From contig JBIJDH010000001.1 in the NCBI GenBank assembly GCA_044344255.1, positions 320,001 to 384,000 on the forward strand: DNA of 64,000 nt. The letters are read 5' to 3'. Numbering within the stretch: position 1 is the stretch's first letter; the number at the start of each line of letters is the position of its first letter. Shown piece by piece: positions 1 through 9,593 of this stretch. The translations under genes and the position numbers were made by a program. The notes under the pieces are model-generated. The model searched no databases, was not told the DNA's origin, and was given only the letters and a program-made list of their open reading frames with translations. The DNA is from Myxococcota bacterium (GTDB lineage Bacteria > Myxococcota_A > UBA796 > UBA2385).

Positions 1-1
1 G

Positions 2-310
2 ATCGGCCGGAGCTGGCCCTACCAGCAGTGCCGACTGCTGCTCAACCTCTCCCGGGTCCACGCCCTGCTCGGCGAGCCCAGCGTGGCCCTGTCACAAGCC
101 GAGGAGGCCCTCCGCCTCGCGGACGCCAGCGGCTACCGCCTCTACGCGATGCGCGCCCGCCTCGCCGCCGCCCAGCTCTCCCCGGACGAGGCCAGCGCCG
201 CCCGGCACGCCCGGGTGGCCGACGCGCTCGTCAAGTCGTTGGCCGCCAACCTCCCCCGCGAGGACGCCGAGCTCTTCATCAGCACCCACAGCCCGGCCCC
301 GCGGGACTAA
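2..310 (+). CDS. Partial CDS (5' end outside window), helical TPR-like C-terminus
   Basis: Frame appears open from the window edge to TAA at 308-310; Ala/Leu-rich helical pattern ALSQAEEALRLADASGYRLY. Confidence 0.6.
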   Translation: MGRSWPYQQCRLLLNLSRVHALLGEPSVALSQAEEALRLADASGYRLYAMRARLAAAQLSPDEASAARHARVADALVKSLAANLPREDAELFISTHSPAPRD

Positions 311-380
311 TCTGCGCCGCACCCCGCCCTGCGCCATCGAAGCGTCGACGCCCGGGCGGGTCAGCGGCTAAGCTCCCACG

Positions 381-1400
381 ATGGCCCCAGTCCCCTCGCC
401 CGCCTCCCCTCGCCTCCCCCGCCCCGCGCTCCCCTGGCTGCTCGCCGCGCTCTTCGCTTGCAGTGGCGGAGACAAGGGCGACGGCAGCGACGGGGCCGGC
501 GCCGATGGCACGGACGGCACCGATGGCGCCGACGGAGGGGCGGACACCGGCCCCGCCCCCTCCATCGAGGGCGCCTGCCCGATGGAGACCCACCAGGGTG
601 GCTTCATCATCGAGGCCTACGACGACTACTCGATCGTCGACGGCGCCTTCCGCGACGGCGTCATCCCCAACACCGTGCTGCAGCCCATCGGCCAGGAGGG
701 TGACTGTACGCTGCTCCAGCGGATCAACCCCTTCTGCGATCCGCCCTGCGCCGCGAGCGAGACCTGCTCCGTCGAGGCCGAGTGCATCCCCTTCCCGTCG
801 GGCCAGGATCTCGGCACGGTGATGGTGACGGGGCTCGCCGTGCAGGTGGAGATGGCGCCCGTCCAGCCGGGCTACCACTACTTCTCCCTCTCGCTGCCCT
901 ACCCGGGCTTCGAGCCCGGGGCCCCCATCCGCCTCCAGAGCACCGGCGGCAGCTACGAGCCCGTGCTGCTCGACAGCGTGGGGGTCGAGCCGCTCACGCT
1001 CGGCGAGCTCCAGTGGACCGTCACCGCCGGGCAGGCGCTGCCGATCACCTGGGGGGCCCCGACGGTCTCCACCCCGGCGACGGTGGAGCTCGAGATCACC
1101 ATCGATCAGCACGGCACATCGCCCTTCGTGCTCCAATGCAGCTTCGCCGACGATGGGGCGGGGGAGGTGCCCGCCGCCCTGCTCGACACCCTCGTCTCCC
1201 ACGGCGTCTCGGGCTTCCCCAACGGCTCGCTCGAGCGTCGTGTCGCCGACTCCGCCTCGATCGGCGGCGGCTGCATCGACCTGCGCCTCGCCACCCCCCG
1301 ACTCCCCGACGTGCGGGTGGCCGGCTTCACCGCTTGCGACGAAGACACCGACTGCCCCGAGGGCCTCGAGTGTAACGAAGCCATCGAGCTGTGCGAGTGA
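381..1400 (+). CDS. Cys-rich lipoprotein of unknown function
   Basis: Lipobox LFAC, Gly/Asp linker, Cys clusters (CDPPC, CDEDTDC..C..C), host-like codon usage. Confidence 0.75.
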   Translation: MAPVPSPASPRLPRPALPWLLAALFACSGGDKGDGSDGAGADGTDGTDGADGGADTGPAPSIEGACPMETHQGGFIIEAYDDYSIVDGAFRDGVIPNTVLQPIGQEGDCTLLQRINPFCDPPCAASETCSVEAECIPFPSGQDLGTVMVTGLAVQVEMAPVQPGYHYFSLSLPYPGFEPGAPIRLQSTGGSYEPVLLDSVGVEPLTLGELQWTVTAGQALPITWGAPTVSTPATVELEITIDQHGTSPFVLQCSFADDGAGEVPAALLDTLVSHGVSGFPNGSLERRVADSASIGGGCIDLRLATPRLPDVRVAGFTACDEDTDCPEGLECNEAIELCE

Positions 1401-1447
1401 GCGCCGCGATGGACACCCCCCAAAGACCCCGCTTCGAGGGACCTCAG

Positions 1448-3025
1448 ATGACACGCTCCACCTCGCACATCTCCCTCCTCTCGCTCCTCGGCCTGGCCCT
1501 GCTCGGAGGCAGCCAGGGCTGCGGCGGGAAGGACGGAGGCGGAGGGCGCAACGGGCAGCTCGACGGCGGGGGCGGAGACTCCGGTGAGCCGAACACCGAC
1601 AGCGGCGGCGCCGACGGCACAGACGGCGGAGACTCCGGCGGGGCCGACACCGGCGGCAGCGACGGCGGCGACACCGGCGACACCGGCGTGCCGCTCGACT
1701 GCTCCGAGCTCCCTGCTGTGCCGATGGACTTCACCGCCATCGAGTCCATGCCCCAGTCCGAAGACTTCGCCTTCGACCTCGAGGGGCGGATGGTCAACGC
1801 CGACCCCCACGGCAACCTCATCGCCACCACGCTGGACGGCACCAAGACCATCCTCGTGCCGGGCATCGGCTACTCGGCGGGCATCGCCTTCCTGCCCGAC
1901 GGCGACGTCGTGATGAACGCGGTCGATGAGGGGGCGCTCAAGCGCATCTCGATCACCGCCGGCTCGGAGACCTTGCTCACCGGCGGCCTCGCCTATCCAA
2001 ACGGCCTCGGCGTCGACCTCGACGGCTTCGCCTACGTCGCCGAGAACGCCGGCAACCGGGTGCGGCGGATCGACACCACGACCGGCGAGTACCAGATCAT
2101 CTCCGACGACGTGATGTACCCGAACGGGGTCAGCTTCAGCCCCGACTACAGCTCCGTCTACATCGGCAGCTTCGGCGGCGGCGTGGTCTACGAGCTCAAG
2201 CAGGACGACGAGGGCTCCTGGCGCACCCGTATCAAGGCCCACGTCCCTCCCACCTCCGTGCCCGACACCTGCGAAGGCCGCGCCGAGGAGGAGGACTGCT
2301 TCCTCTCGACCGGCGGCCTCGGGACCTGCGAAGACGATGGGACGGGCGTCGTCACCTGCCAGCCCGGCCTCCGCGACACGCTGGCCTGCGACGGGAGCGA
2401 GGTCAACGACCCCTGCACCACCGATCGACTCGGCACCACCCACGAGAGCGTCTGCACCGTCCGCTCCTCCACAGGGGAGCTGTTCTGCCCGGCCCAGGAG
2501 GCCGACGACCTCCTCGCTTGTGAGGGGATGATCGACTACGCCGCCTGCAACACGGGCGGCGTGGCCGGCACCTGCTACCCCACCTGGGAGGGCGTGCTCA
2601 CCTGCGTCACGAACGAGGACATGACCGACGCGGCGCTCACCTGCGAGGGGATGGAGGCCGGTGACGAGTGTCTGTACGCCCTCAACTACAGCCCGATGCA
2701 GGGGGTCTGCGCCGACGCCGGGCCCCGCCTCATCTGCCAGCCAAGCTACGGCGGCGGCGGCGGGCTCGACGGCATCAACACCGATGGCTGCGGCAGCATC
2801 TACGTCACCGAGTACACGGCGGGCAACATCTGGCGTATCCCGGCCGACGGCGGTGAGGTCGATCTCGCCGCGCATGTGCCTGCGAGCTGGATCCCCAACA
2901 TGCACTTCGGCTACGGCGTAGGCGGCTTCGAGCGCGACGTGCTCTATGTGATGAACTACGACCGCGGCGGCCTCTTCGCCCTCGAGACGACGGTCGCCGG
3001 CAAGCCCGAGCCCTACATGCCCTGA
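1448..3025 (+). CDS. SMP-30/gluconolactonase/LRE-like beta-propeller lipoprotein with Cys-rich insertion
   Basis: Signal and lipobox SQGC; blade motifs YPNGLGVD, YPNGVSFSPD, LDGINTDGCGSIYV; ATG at 1448 chosen. Confidence 0.75.
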   Translation: MTRSTSHISLLSLLGLALLGGSQGCGGKDGGGGRNGQLDGGGGDSGEPNTDSGGADGTDGGDSGGADTGGSDGGDTGDTGVPLDCSELPAVPMDFTAIESMPQSEDFAFDLEGRMVNADPHGNLIATTLDGTKTILVPGIGYSAGIAFLPDGDVVMNAVDEGALKRISITAGSETLLTGGLAYPNGLGVDLDGFAYVAENAGNRVRRIDTTTGEYQIISDDVMYPNGVSFSPDYSSVYIGSFGGGVVYELKQDDEGSWRTRIKAHVPPTSVPDTCEGRAEEEDCFLSTGGLGTCEDDGTGVVTCQPGLRDTLACDGSEVNDPCTTDRLGTTHESVCTVRSSTGELFCPAQEADDLLACEGMIDYAACNTGGVAGTCYPTWEGVLTCVTNEDMTDAALTCEGMEAGDECLYALNYSPMQGVCADAGPRLICQPSYGGGGGLDGINTDGCGSIYVTEYTAGNIWRIPADGGEVDLAAHVPASWIPNMHFGYGVGGFERDVLYVMNYDRGGLFALETTVAGKPEPYMP

Positions 3026-3048
3026 GCGCGCGCAGGGGCGCCGACCCG

Positions 3049-5709
3049 TCAGTCCTCGATGGACAGAGAGGGAGAGGGAGAGCTCCAGCCATCCCCGGCC
3101 CGATCGACCCGGATCGCGGCCGTCATCGCCCAGGGCGCGGTCCCCGGGTAGACCGGCGCCATCGGCGTGGCCCCCCGGGCGACGACGACGTAGGCGGCGT
3201 CCACGGCTCCGTCGAGGGCGAAGCGGAGGTCATCGGTGGGGGCGCGGGTGTCGACCACGACCCCGTCCTTGTAGAGGTCCACGGCGTCGATCACCACGAA
3301 GCTCGGGTGATGGAGCGCCACCGTGAGGGTGGGCTCCCCCGTGAACAGACCGCCCGGCGCCCAGGATCCGTCTATGGTGGCGTCGATGTAGGGGCCGCGG
3401 CTGACGACCGTGGCGTGGGCGGCCATCGAGGAGACCAGCAGCGTGTCGGTCAGCAGGCTCGGATCGTCGACCCCGGCGCGGAGGTAGGTGACGCTGTCGC
3501 CCTGGCCATCGGTGTAGTCGTGGCTGTCGCTCACGCCCACCGGCGTGGGCAGCAGGCCGCGGTTGACGAGGTCGAGGTAGGCCGCGAAGTAGGCCTCGTA
3601 GCTCCCGGAGTTGAGCACCTCCATGGCGTCGAAGTCTGCAGACCAGTGGTCGGCCTTCTTCACCGTGCCCGTCTCCGTGTCATAGGCCGCCTGCCCGAGC
3701 ATGCCGGAGTTGCCGACAGGGTGATTGATCTGGATGATCCCCGGCTCGCCGTAGAGGCGGTCCCGCATGACCTCGAAGAGCTCGGGCGTGGTCCAGGCGT
3801 TCTCCCACCACAAGGGGGCCCCGTTGTTCGGCCCGTCGTCGCTCAACGTGAGCGGGTAGAGGTTGAAGTGGCCGCGCAGAACGGGGCTCACCTCGTCGGC
3901 GACGATGGTGTGGAGCGTCCCCTCGAGGCCGAGCGGGCCGAGGAGCGGCCGGTAGTCGGCGACGTGGTCGTGGTCGGTGCCGAAGTGCACCTCCACACCG
4001 ACGGCCGCGGTCATCACGAGGCGCTCCTCCATCGGCACGCTGGCGTCGCTCGAGGGGGAGGCGTGGATGTGGGGGTCGAGCACGAGCACCCCCTCGGGGG
4101 CCACGACCTGCGCGAGCTCTGCCATCAGCCACTGCTGCTCCCCGCTCCCGATCGTGACCGCCGCGGTGAAGGGCTCGTACCGGAGGCCTCGGTGGACGGT
4201 CACCGTGTAGTCGCCGGGCTCGAGTGAGATCGCGCCCTGGCCGCTGCGCACATAGCAGAGGGCCGCGCTCCCCCCGGGCCGCCCCGGCACGATTCGAGGA
4301 TCGACGGCGGCCGGGTCCCCCGCGGCGAAGTCGACCCGCACCACCGCGGGCAGGCCGTCCCCCACCTCCACGACGAGGGCGCCCGGCGCGGTGAGGGAGA
4401 GGGCGGTGCTGGCCGAGGCGGGGGCGGACGCGCCCACGCCGAAGCCCTCCGCAAAGTCGATGGGCAGCGCCCCGTCTTGGATGGCCGCGAGGGCCTCGGC
4501 CTTCACCCCCGCCGCGGCGTAGGGGCCGAACCAGGGCGCGCCCGCGGGGAGCTCGACCGAGATCCCGGTGCCGCGGCCGCTCGGCGCCGCCGTGAAGCTG
4601 CGTCCGGCCGGGACCTGGGCCGACCAGCCCCCGAGGGCGTCAGTCCGGGCTTGGGTCCACGGCTGGCCCTCCTCGTCGAAGAGCGTGACCCGCGCGCCGG
4701 AGACCGCCTGCCCGCCTCCATCGGTGACGGTGCCGCCCGCCGCCGTCCCCGCCTCCCCGCGGGCCGCGAGCCAGGCGTCGCTGAGGGTGGCGAGGTCGGG
4801 GCCCACCCCGAAGGCGCGCCGAAAGGTGAAGGGCGCGCCGGCGGTGAGGGGGATCCCGCTTTGCAAGCCGGTGATCACGGGGCCGATCGCGCCGAGGAGG
4901 TCTTGGACCACCGAGCCCGTCCACGGCTCGTCCAGCGACATCAGCGCGAAGGCCCCCTCGCCGTGGTTGCCCACCACCCCGATCCAGGTGCCGGCCGCCG
5001 CCGCGTCTTCGTCGTAGCCCTGCCCGGGCGCCCAGCGGGCCGCGCCGTCGAGCGACATGAGACCGATGTCGCCGACGTCGGCGACGGTGTCCTCGTCCGC
5101 CCAGTCCACCGTCGTCTCGACGAGCAGGAGCGGGCTCCCCGGCGCGAGGGTGTAGGTCGTGGTGACGGTCATCTCCCGCTCGGCCACCATCTCCGGCGCC
5201 TCGAGCGCCCCCGTGACCAGCGCCATCGGCGCGGCGTGGCCCACCACCTCGACGATCGCGGCGCCGCCGTCGGTGCCGTCGCCGAGCACGGTGATCGCGT
5301 CCGGCGCCACGATGCGGCCGAGGCCCACCATCACCGCCAGCTCATCGACGACGTCCCGGCCGGGCTGGCCCTCGGGGCGCACGACGTCGGCGTCAATGAG
5401 GCCGCCCCCCTGGCGGATGTAGTAGTCCCCGTCGCGCAGGCCCTGTACGACGAAGGCCGCGCGGTCGTTGTAGAGCTTGACGTCGCCGGCCCGCCCCTCG
5501 GCGGCGATGCCCCCAAAGAGGGCCGCCTCGTCGGTCACGAAGCCCGCCCGCGCGGTGAGCGCGTCGAGCCGCTCGGTGAGGTCAGGCGCCTCTGGCTCGG
5601 GCGCGGGAGCGCCCTTCGACGGCTCCTCCGAGCGGCACGCGAGGCCGAGGAGGCCGAAGAGGCCGAGGAGCGACAGCGAGCGAGGGCGGACAGCAGAGGG
5701 GGCGCGCAT
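3049..5709 (-). CDS. PHP-type (CehA/McbA-like) metallohydrolase lipoprotein with carboxypeptidase-regulatory-like domain
   Basis: Lipobox GLAC; PHP motifs DPHIH, TDHD, GHFN, INHP, SDSH. Confidence 0.8.
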   Translation of the reverse strand: MRAPSAVRPRSLSLLGLFGLLGLACRSEEPSKGAPAPEPEAPDLTERLDALTARAGFVTDEAALFGGIAAEGRAGDVKLYNDRAAFVVQGLRDGDYYIRQGGGLIDADVVRPEGQPGRDVVDELAVMVGLGRIVAPDAITVLGDGTDGGAAIVEVVGHAAPMALVTGALEAPEMVAEREMTVTTTYTLAPGSPLLLVETTVDWADEDTVADVGDIGLMSLDGAARWAPGQGYDEDAAAAGTWIGVVGNHGEGAFALMSLDEPWTGSVVQDLLGAIGPVITGLQSGIPLTAGAPFTFRRAFGVGPDLATLSDAWLAARGEAGTAAGGTVTDGGGQAVSGARVTLFDEEGQPWTQARTDALGGWSAQVPAGRSFTAAPSGRGTGISVELPAGAPWFGPYAAAGVKAEALAAIQDGALPIDFAEGFGVGASAPASASTALSLTAPGALVVEVGDGLPAVVRVDFAAGDPAAVDPRIVPGRPGGSAALCYVRSGQGAISLEPGDYTVTVHRGLRYEPFTAAVTIGSGEQQWLMAELAQVVAPEGVLVLDPHIHASPSSDASVPMEERLVMTAAVGVEVHFGTDHDHVADYRPLLGPLGLEGTLHTIVADEVSPVLRGHFNLYPLTLSDDGPNNGAPLWWENAWTTPELFEVMRDRLYGEPGIIQINHPVGNSGMLGQAAYDTETGTVKKADHWSADFDAMEVLNSGSYEAYFAAYLDLVNRGLLPTPVGVSDSHDYTDGQGDSVTYLRAGVDDPSLLTDTLLVSSMAAHATVVSRGPYIDATIDGSWAPGGLFTGEPTLTVALHHPSFVVIDAVDLYKDGVVVDTRAPTDDLRFALDGAVDAAYVVVARGATPMAPVYPGTAPWAMTAAIRVDRAGDGWSSPSPSLSIED

Positions 5710-5770
5710 CCGGCGAGGATACGCCGAGTCGGGGCGGCCCGCCGGGATAGGGGCGCCGCCGGAGGTTCAA

Positions 5771-7126
5771 ATGGCCAAGTGGAAGGCGCCCTGCACGGTC
5801 CGCATCGACGGGCTCGACGAGCGCGCCTCGACCGGCGTGGACGCAGAAGGTCGGCGGTGGAAGGTGCGGAACGGCCCCGTCGGCGCCGACCTGCACGTGG
5901 CCCCCGGGCGCAACCAGACCGCCCGCCGCCTCGCCGTCGAGCGCCCCGCGCCCGACGCCGTCGATCCCCGCTGCCCCGTCTTCGGCGTCTGCGGGGGCTG
6001 CCAGCTCCAGGAGATGCCGCTCGACGCGCAGCGACAGGCCAAGCAGGCCCTGGTCACCCGCCTCGTCGGCGCGGAGGGCGTAGTAGTGCACCCGATCCGC
6101 GGCGCGCCGGCGGCCTACCACTACCGGAACAAGCTCGAGCTCAGCTTCTCGCCGCGCCGCTTCGTGCCCGAGGGGGAGCCCGCGCCGCCCCCCGGCGGGA
6201 GCTGGCTCGGCTTCCACCCCCCGGGCTGGTTCGCCAAGGTGGTGCCCATCCCGGGCTGCCCCCTCGGCACCCCCACGATGAACCGGCTCATCGCCGAGGT
6301 CGCCGCCGCAGCCCCCGAGCCCGCCTGGGACACCCTCGCGGGCGCCGGGGGTTGGCGCCACCTCGTGCTCCGCGAAGACACTGACGGGCGCTTGCTCGTC
6401 ACCCTGGTCACCTCGGCGACGGTCACGGGCGAGCAGGTGGAGGCCCTCGCGGCGCGCTTCATCGAGTGGCCCGAGGTCCGGACGGTGCTCCACGTCGCCA
6501 ACGACGGCGTGGCCGAGGTCGCCACCGGGCGGATCGCGGCGGTGCTCAAGGGCGCCCCCACCCTCGAGATGACGATCGGGGCGCCGGCCGGGCCGCTCCA
6601 TCTCTCGCTCCCGCACGACGGCTTCTTCCAAGTCAACACGGCGGGCTCCGAGCGGCTCTTCGCGGTGATCGACGAGGCGCTGGGCGACACGAAGGGCACG
6701 CTCCTCGACCTCTACTGCGGGGTCGGCGTCATCGGCCTCAGCCTCGCCCACCGCTACGCCCGCCTGATCGGCGTCGAGCTGCACGCGGGCGCAATCGAGA
6801 TCGCCCGCGAGAACGCGCGCAGGAACCACATCCAAGGCGAATGGACCGCCGGCACCGTCGAGGCCGTCCTGCCCACGCTCCGCCTGGAGGGTCCGCTGGC
6901 GGTGGTCGTCGATCCCCCGCGGGCCGGCCTCCACCCCTCCGCCGCCCGCTTCCTCGCCGGGCTCCCGGCCGAGGTGCTGGTCTACGTCGCCTGCAACCCC
7001 GCCTCGCTCGGCCGGGACCGAGCGGTGCTGGCGGAGGGCGGCTGGCGGCTCGAGGCCCTGTGGTCGGTCGACCTCTTCCCGCAGACTCCGCACGTCGAGG
7101 CGATCGGGCGCTTCGTCCGCGGCTGA
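5771..7126 (+). CDS. rlmD: RNA (uracil-5)-methyltransferase, RlmD/TrmA family
   Basis: GGAGG before ATG 5771; CPVFGVCGGC Fe-S motif, FFQVN, LDLYCGVG, DPPRAG, YVACNP, DLFPQTPHVE. Confidence 0.85.
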   Translation: MAKWKAPCTVRIDGLDERASTGVDAEGRRWKVRNGPVGADLHVAPGRNQTARRLAVERPAPDAVDPRCPVFGVCGGCQLQEMPLDAQRQAKQALVTRLVGAEGVVVHPIRGAPAAYHYRNKLELSFSPRRFVPEGEPAPPPGGSWLGFHPPGWFAKVVPIPGCPLGTPTMNRLIAEVAAAAPEPAWDTLAGAGGWRHLVLREDTDGRLLVTLVTSATVTGEQVEALAARFIEWPEVRTVLHVANDGVAEVATGRIAAVLKGAPTLEMTIGAPAGPLHLSLPHDGFFQVNTAGSERLFAVIDEALGDTKGTLLDLYCGVGVIGLSLAHRYARLIGVELHAGAIEIARENARRNHIQGEWTAGTVEAVLPTLRLEGPLAVVVDPPRAGLHPSAARFLAGLPAEVLVYVACNPASLGRDRAVLAEGGWRLEALWSVDLFPQTPHVEAIGRFVRG

Positions 7127-7159
7127 GGCTCCCCGCGGCCCCGGAGAGGCCAGGGCCGC

Positions 7160-9379
7160 TCAGTTCCGGAGGCGGGCCTGGTAGCCGGCGATGGCCGCGA
7201 GCACCTCGTCGAGCTCGGCCTCCGAGAGGCCCGCCGCGGCAGACGACAACGCCCGCTCGATGAGATCCATCAGCCCGCGGTCGAGCAGGCTGCGACGCTC
7301 TGCGTCTGGGCGGCGGCCGAGGTTTCGCATCGCCGCTTCGAGGTCAAAGCGCCCGTTGCGGGCGACCTCGACGCCATGAAAGAGCGGCGCGAACGCCAAG
7401 GGGGCGCCATCGAGCAAGAGCTGCACGCTGACCTGACCGGAGCCCGGCCCTGCGTGACGGTCGAGCGACATAGCCACCTGACCCACGACCTCGTTGGCCA
7501 CCGCCAGCTTCTGACGGGCCTCGCCGTCCTCGAGGCGCGGCGCCCCGAAGTTGAGGGCGACCACCTTCTCGTCCACGTCGATCGGCGCGTCCTCGACCTC
7601 GCCCATCTCGACCAGATCGGGGTCCCCTGCGATGTCCGGGAGGAGCGAGTCGTTCTCGGCGCCAGACCGCACCACCCGCTCACTGCGGAGGTCAACGACG
7701 TCGAGGTGGCGGTCCTCCAAGAGGAAGCCCCCAGCGCCCAGCCCGCGGTCCTGGTCGTAGTCCCCGAAGAAGGCGAGCTCATCTTCATTGATGACCGAGT
7801 GCGCCTGCTGCCGGAAGAGGCTCGCCCGAAACCGCAAGGCCTCCGCCGAGAGGCCCTCGGCAGGTGGGCGATCGAGGTCGAGGTCGATCACCGAGTCCCC
7901 GTCGCCCACCCCCACGAGGTCGGCCTCGGCCCCCGAGGCGGCCTCGCTCGGCCGCTCGCCATCGGGCTCCGCGGCGGGGGCATCGGCTCGAGGCTCCTCG
8001 GCTGCCGGATCGGCGACGACCTCGGCGACGACCTCGGCGCTAGGCTCGGAGGTGGGCTCGGCGCTGGGCTCGGAGGTGGGCTCGGAGGTGGGCTCGGAGG
8101 TGGGCTCGGCGACGACCTCGGCCTCGAGCTCCGCGACGGCGACAGGCTCGTCGGCGTCCACCGCCGCCGCGCCGAGCGCAGTCACCGGCTCCGCCTCGTC
8201 GTCAATGCTCAGGCCATCTCCGCTCCCCACCGAGAGCAGGCCATCCATCGGGAAGGACGAGAGCTCGCTCAAGGGCGAGTACGAAGGCGGCTCGTCCTCG
8301 CTCGGCGGCGGACGCGGGTCATCCTCGGAGGTGGGGAAGATGTCGTGGAAGGCGTCGAGGGTGGCGGGGTCGGCGACCACCTCGAGGGCGTCAGGGTCCT
8401 CGTCGGAGGCGAGGTCATCGGTGGCCGCGGGGACGACGGGCTCGTCGCCACGCGGAGCGCCGAGGTCGTAGAAGCCGTCGGAGAAGAGATCCAGCTCGCC
8501 TCCGCGGGCGTCCTCCTCACCCGGCATCTCGCCGAACTCGTCCATCGGCGTGCCCATGAGCGAGTCTTCAGGCCGGAGCGTGAAGGCCTCCGTGTTCTGA
8601 ACCGGGCTCGGGCTGAGCTGCTCGTCGATCGCGAACAGCTCCTCGGTGGCGTACTCCGGCGCCGGGGCCGGGGCAGTGCGACCGCCACGGCGGCTCCCAA
8701 AGCGGATGCCCTGGTCCGAGACTAGCGAGCCGTTCTCCAGCATCGAGCGCACCGCGAGGAGCGTGGGGCCCTCCTCGTAGGGGCTGAAGACCACAAGATC
8801 GGAGAGGGTGATGGAGGGATCGCAGAGATCGAGGAGGCGGAGCTCCTCGGGACGCCGCGCCATCGATGGCCCCGGCCGGACGGTGAGCTGCGCCCGGCGC
8901 TCGCGGAGGGAGGCGATGCGCTCCCTCAGCTCGACCAGATCGTCGAGCAGCGCGAAGGACTCGTGCACCACCTGGACGTTGTCCACAAAGACGGCGTCGA
9001 GGGGCTCGAAGCGCACCTTGCCGAACAGGCAGATGAAGTCGAGGAGGTCCTGCTTGAAGCGCTCGGCGAGCACGTCCATCAGCAGCGTGTCCGGCACGTG
9101 CCCGAGCAGGATCTCCTCGTACCGGGCCCCTCGCTCGATGGCGCGGGTGAAGGACACGCCCTGACGCTCCGTGATCACCCCGTTGTTCACGAGGCGACAG
9201 ACCACCCAGATGCCGTCGTCGGGGCCGTGCGCCGCCAGGACCGCGCCCTGCATCACGAAGACCTTGTGCGCGTCGAAGCTCACCACGGACAAGCAGCCCG
9301 TCAGTCCGCGCTCCAGCACGTCCCTCAAGGCCAGCGCGGCGTCCTGATTTTCGAAGCTCGGCGAGGTCGCGACGGTCAC
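7160..9379 (-). CDS. Hypothetical protein: DUF4388-like N-terminal domain, long acidic low-complexity middle, helical C-terminal domain
   Basis: N-terminus LTGCLSV..KVFVMQGAVLAA resembles DUF4388; acidic Pro-rich centre with EPTS repeats. Confidence 0.6.
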   Translation of the reverse strand: MTVATSPSFENQDAALALRDVLERGLTGCLSVVSFDAHKVFVMQGAVLAAHGPDDGIWVVCRLVNNGVITERQGVSFTRAIERGARYEEILLGHVPDTLLMDVLAERFKQDLLDFICLFGKVRFEPLDAVFVDNVQVVHESFALLDDLVELRERIASLRERRAQLTVRPGPSMARRPEELRLLDLCDPSITLSDLVVFSPYEEGPTLLAVRSMLENGSLVSDQGIRFGSRRGGRTAPAPAPEYATEELFAIDEQLSPSPVQNTEAFTLRPEDSLMGTPMDEFGEMPGEEDARGGELDLFSDGFYDLGAPRGDEPVVPAATDDLASDEDPDALEVVADPATLDAFHDIFPTSEDDPRPPPSEDEPPSYSPLSELSSFPMDGLLSVGSGDGLSIDDEAEPVTALGAAAVDADEPVAVAELEAEVVAEPTSEPTSEPTSEPSAEPTSEPSAEVVAEVVADPAAEEPRADAPAAEPDGERPSEAASGAEADLVGVGDGDSVIDLDLDRPPAEGLSAEALRFRASLFRQQAHSVINEDELAFFGDYDQDRGLGAGGFLLEDRHLDVVDLRSERVVRSGAENDSLLPDIAGDPDLVEMGEVEDAPIDVDEKVVALNFGAPRLEDGEARQKLAVANEVVGQVAMSLDRHAGPGSGQVSVQLLLDGAPLAFAPLFHGVEVARNGRFDLEAAMRNLGRRPDAERRSLLDRGLMDLIERALSSAAAGLSEAELDEVLAAIAGYQARLRN
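8044..8110. repeat. 12-bp coding tandem repeat (GGCTCGGAGGTG) encoding EPTS/EPSA units
   Basis: About 5 imperfect copies visible within the 7160-9379 CDS. Confidence 0.8.
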
Positions 9380-9593
9380 ACGCTCTTCCCGGATCGTCGC
9401 TCCGGTGCCGCGGCCGATCGGGCTTCACCCGAACAGCCTCTCCGGTCGACGGCGCTCCCTAGCATCGTAGCGGCCGACCCGCCGCCGGGTCAACGTCTCC
9501 CAAGGGTGCAAATTCTCAGCCCGGCGCAGGATGGGAGATCGAGGCCGCTTCCGCAGGCGCTCCGCGCGCCCTTCACCACACGGACCTCCGCCA

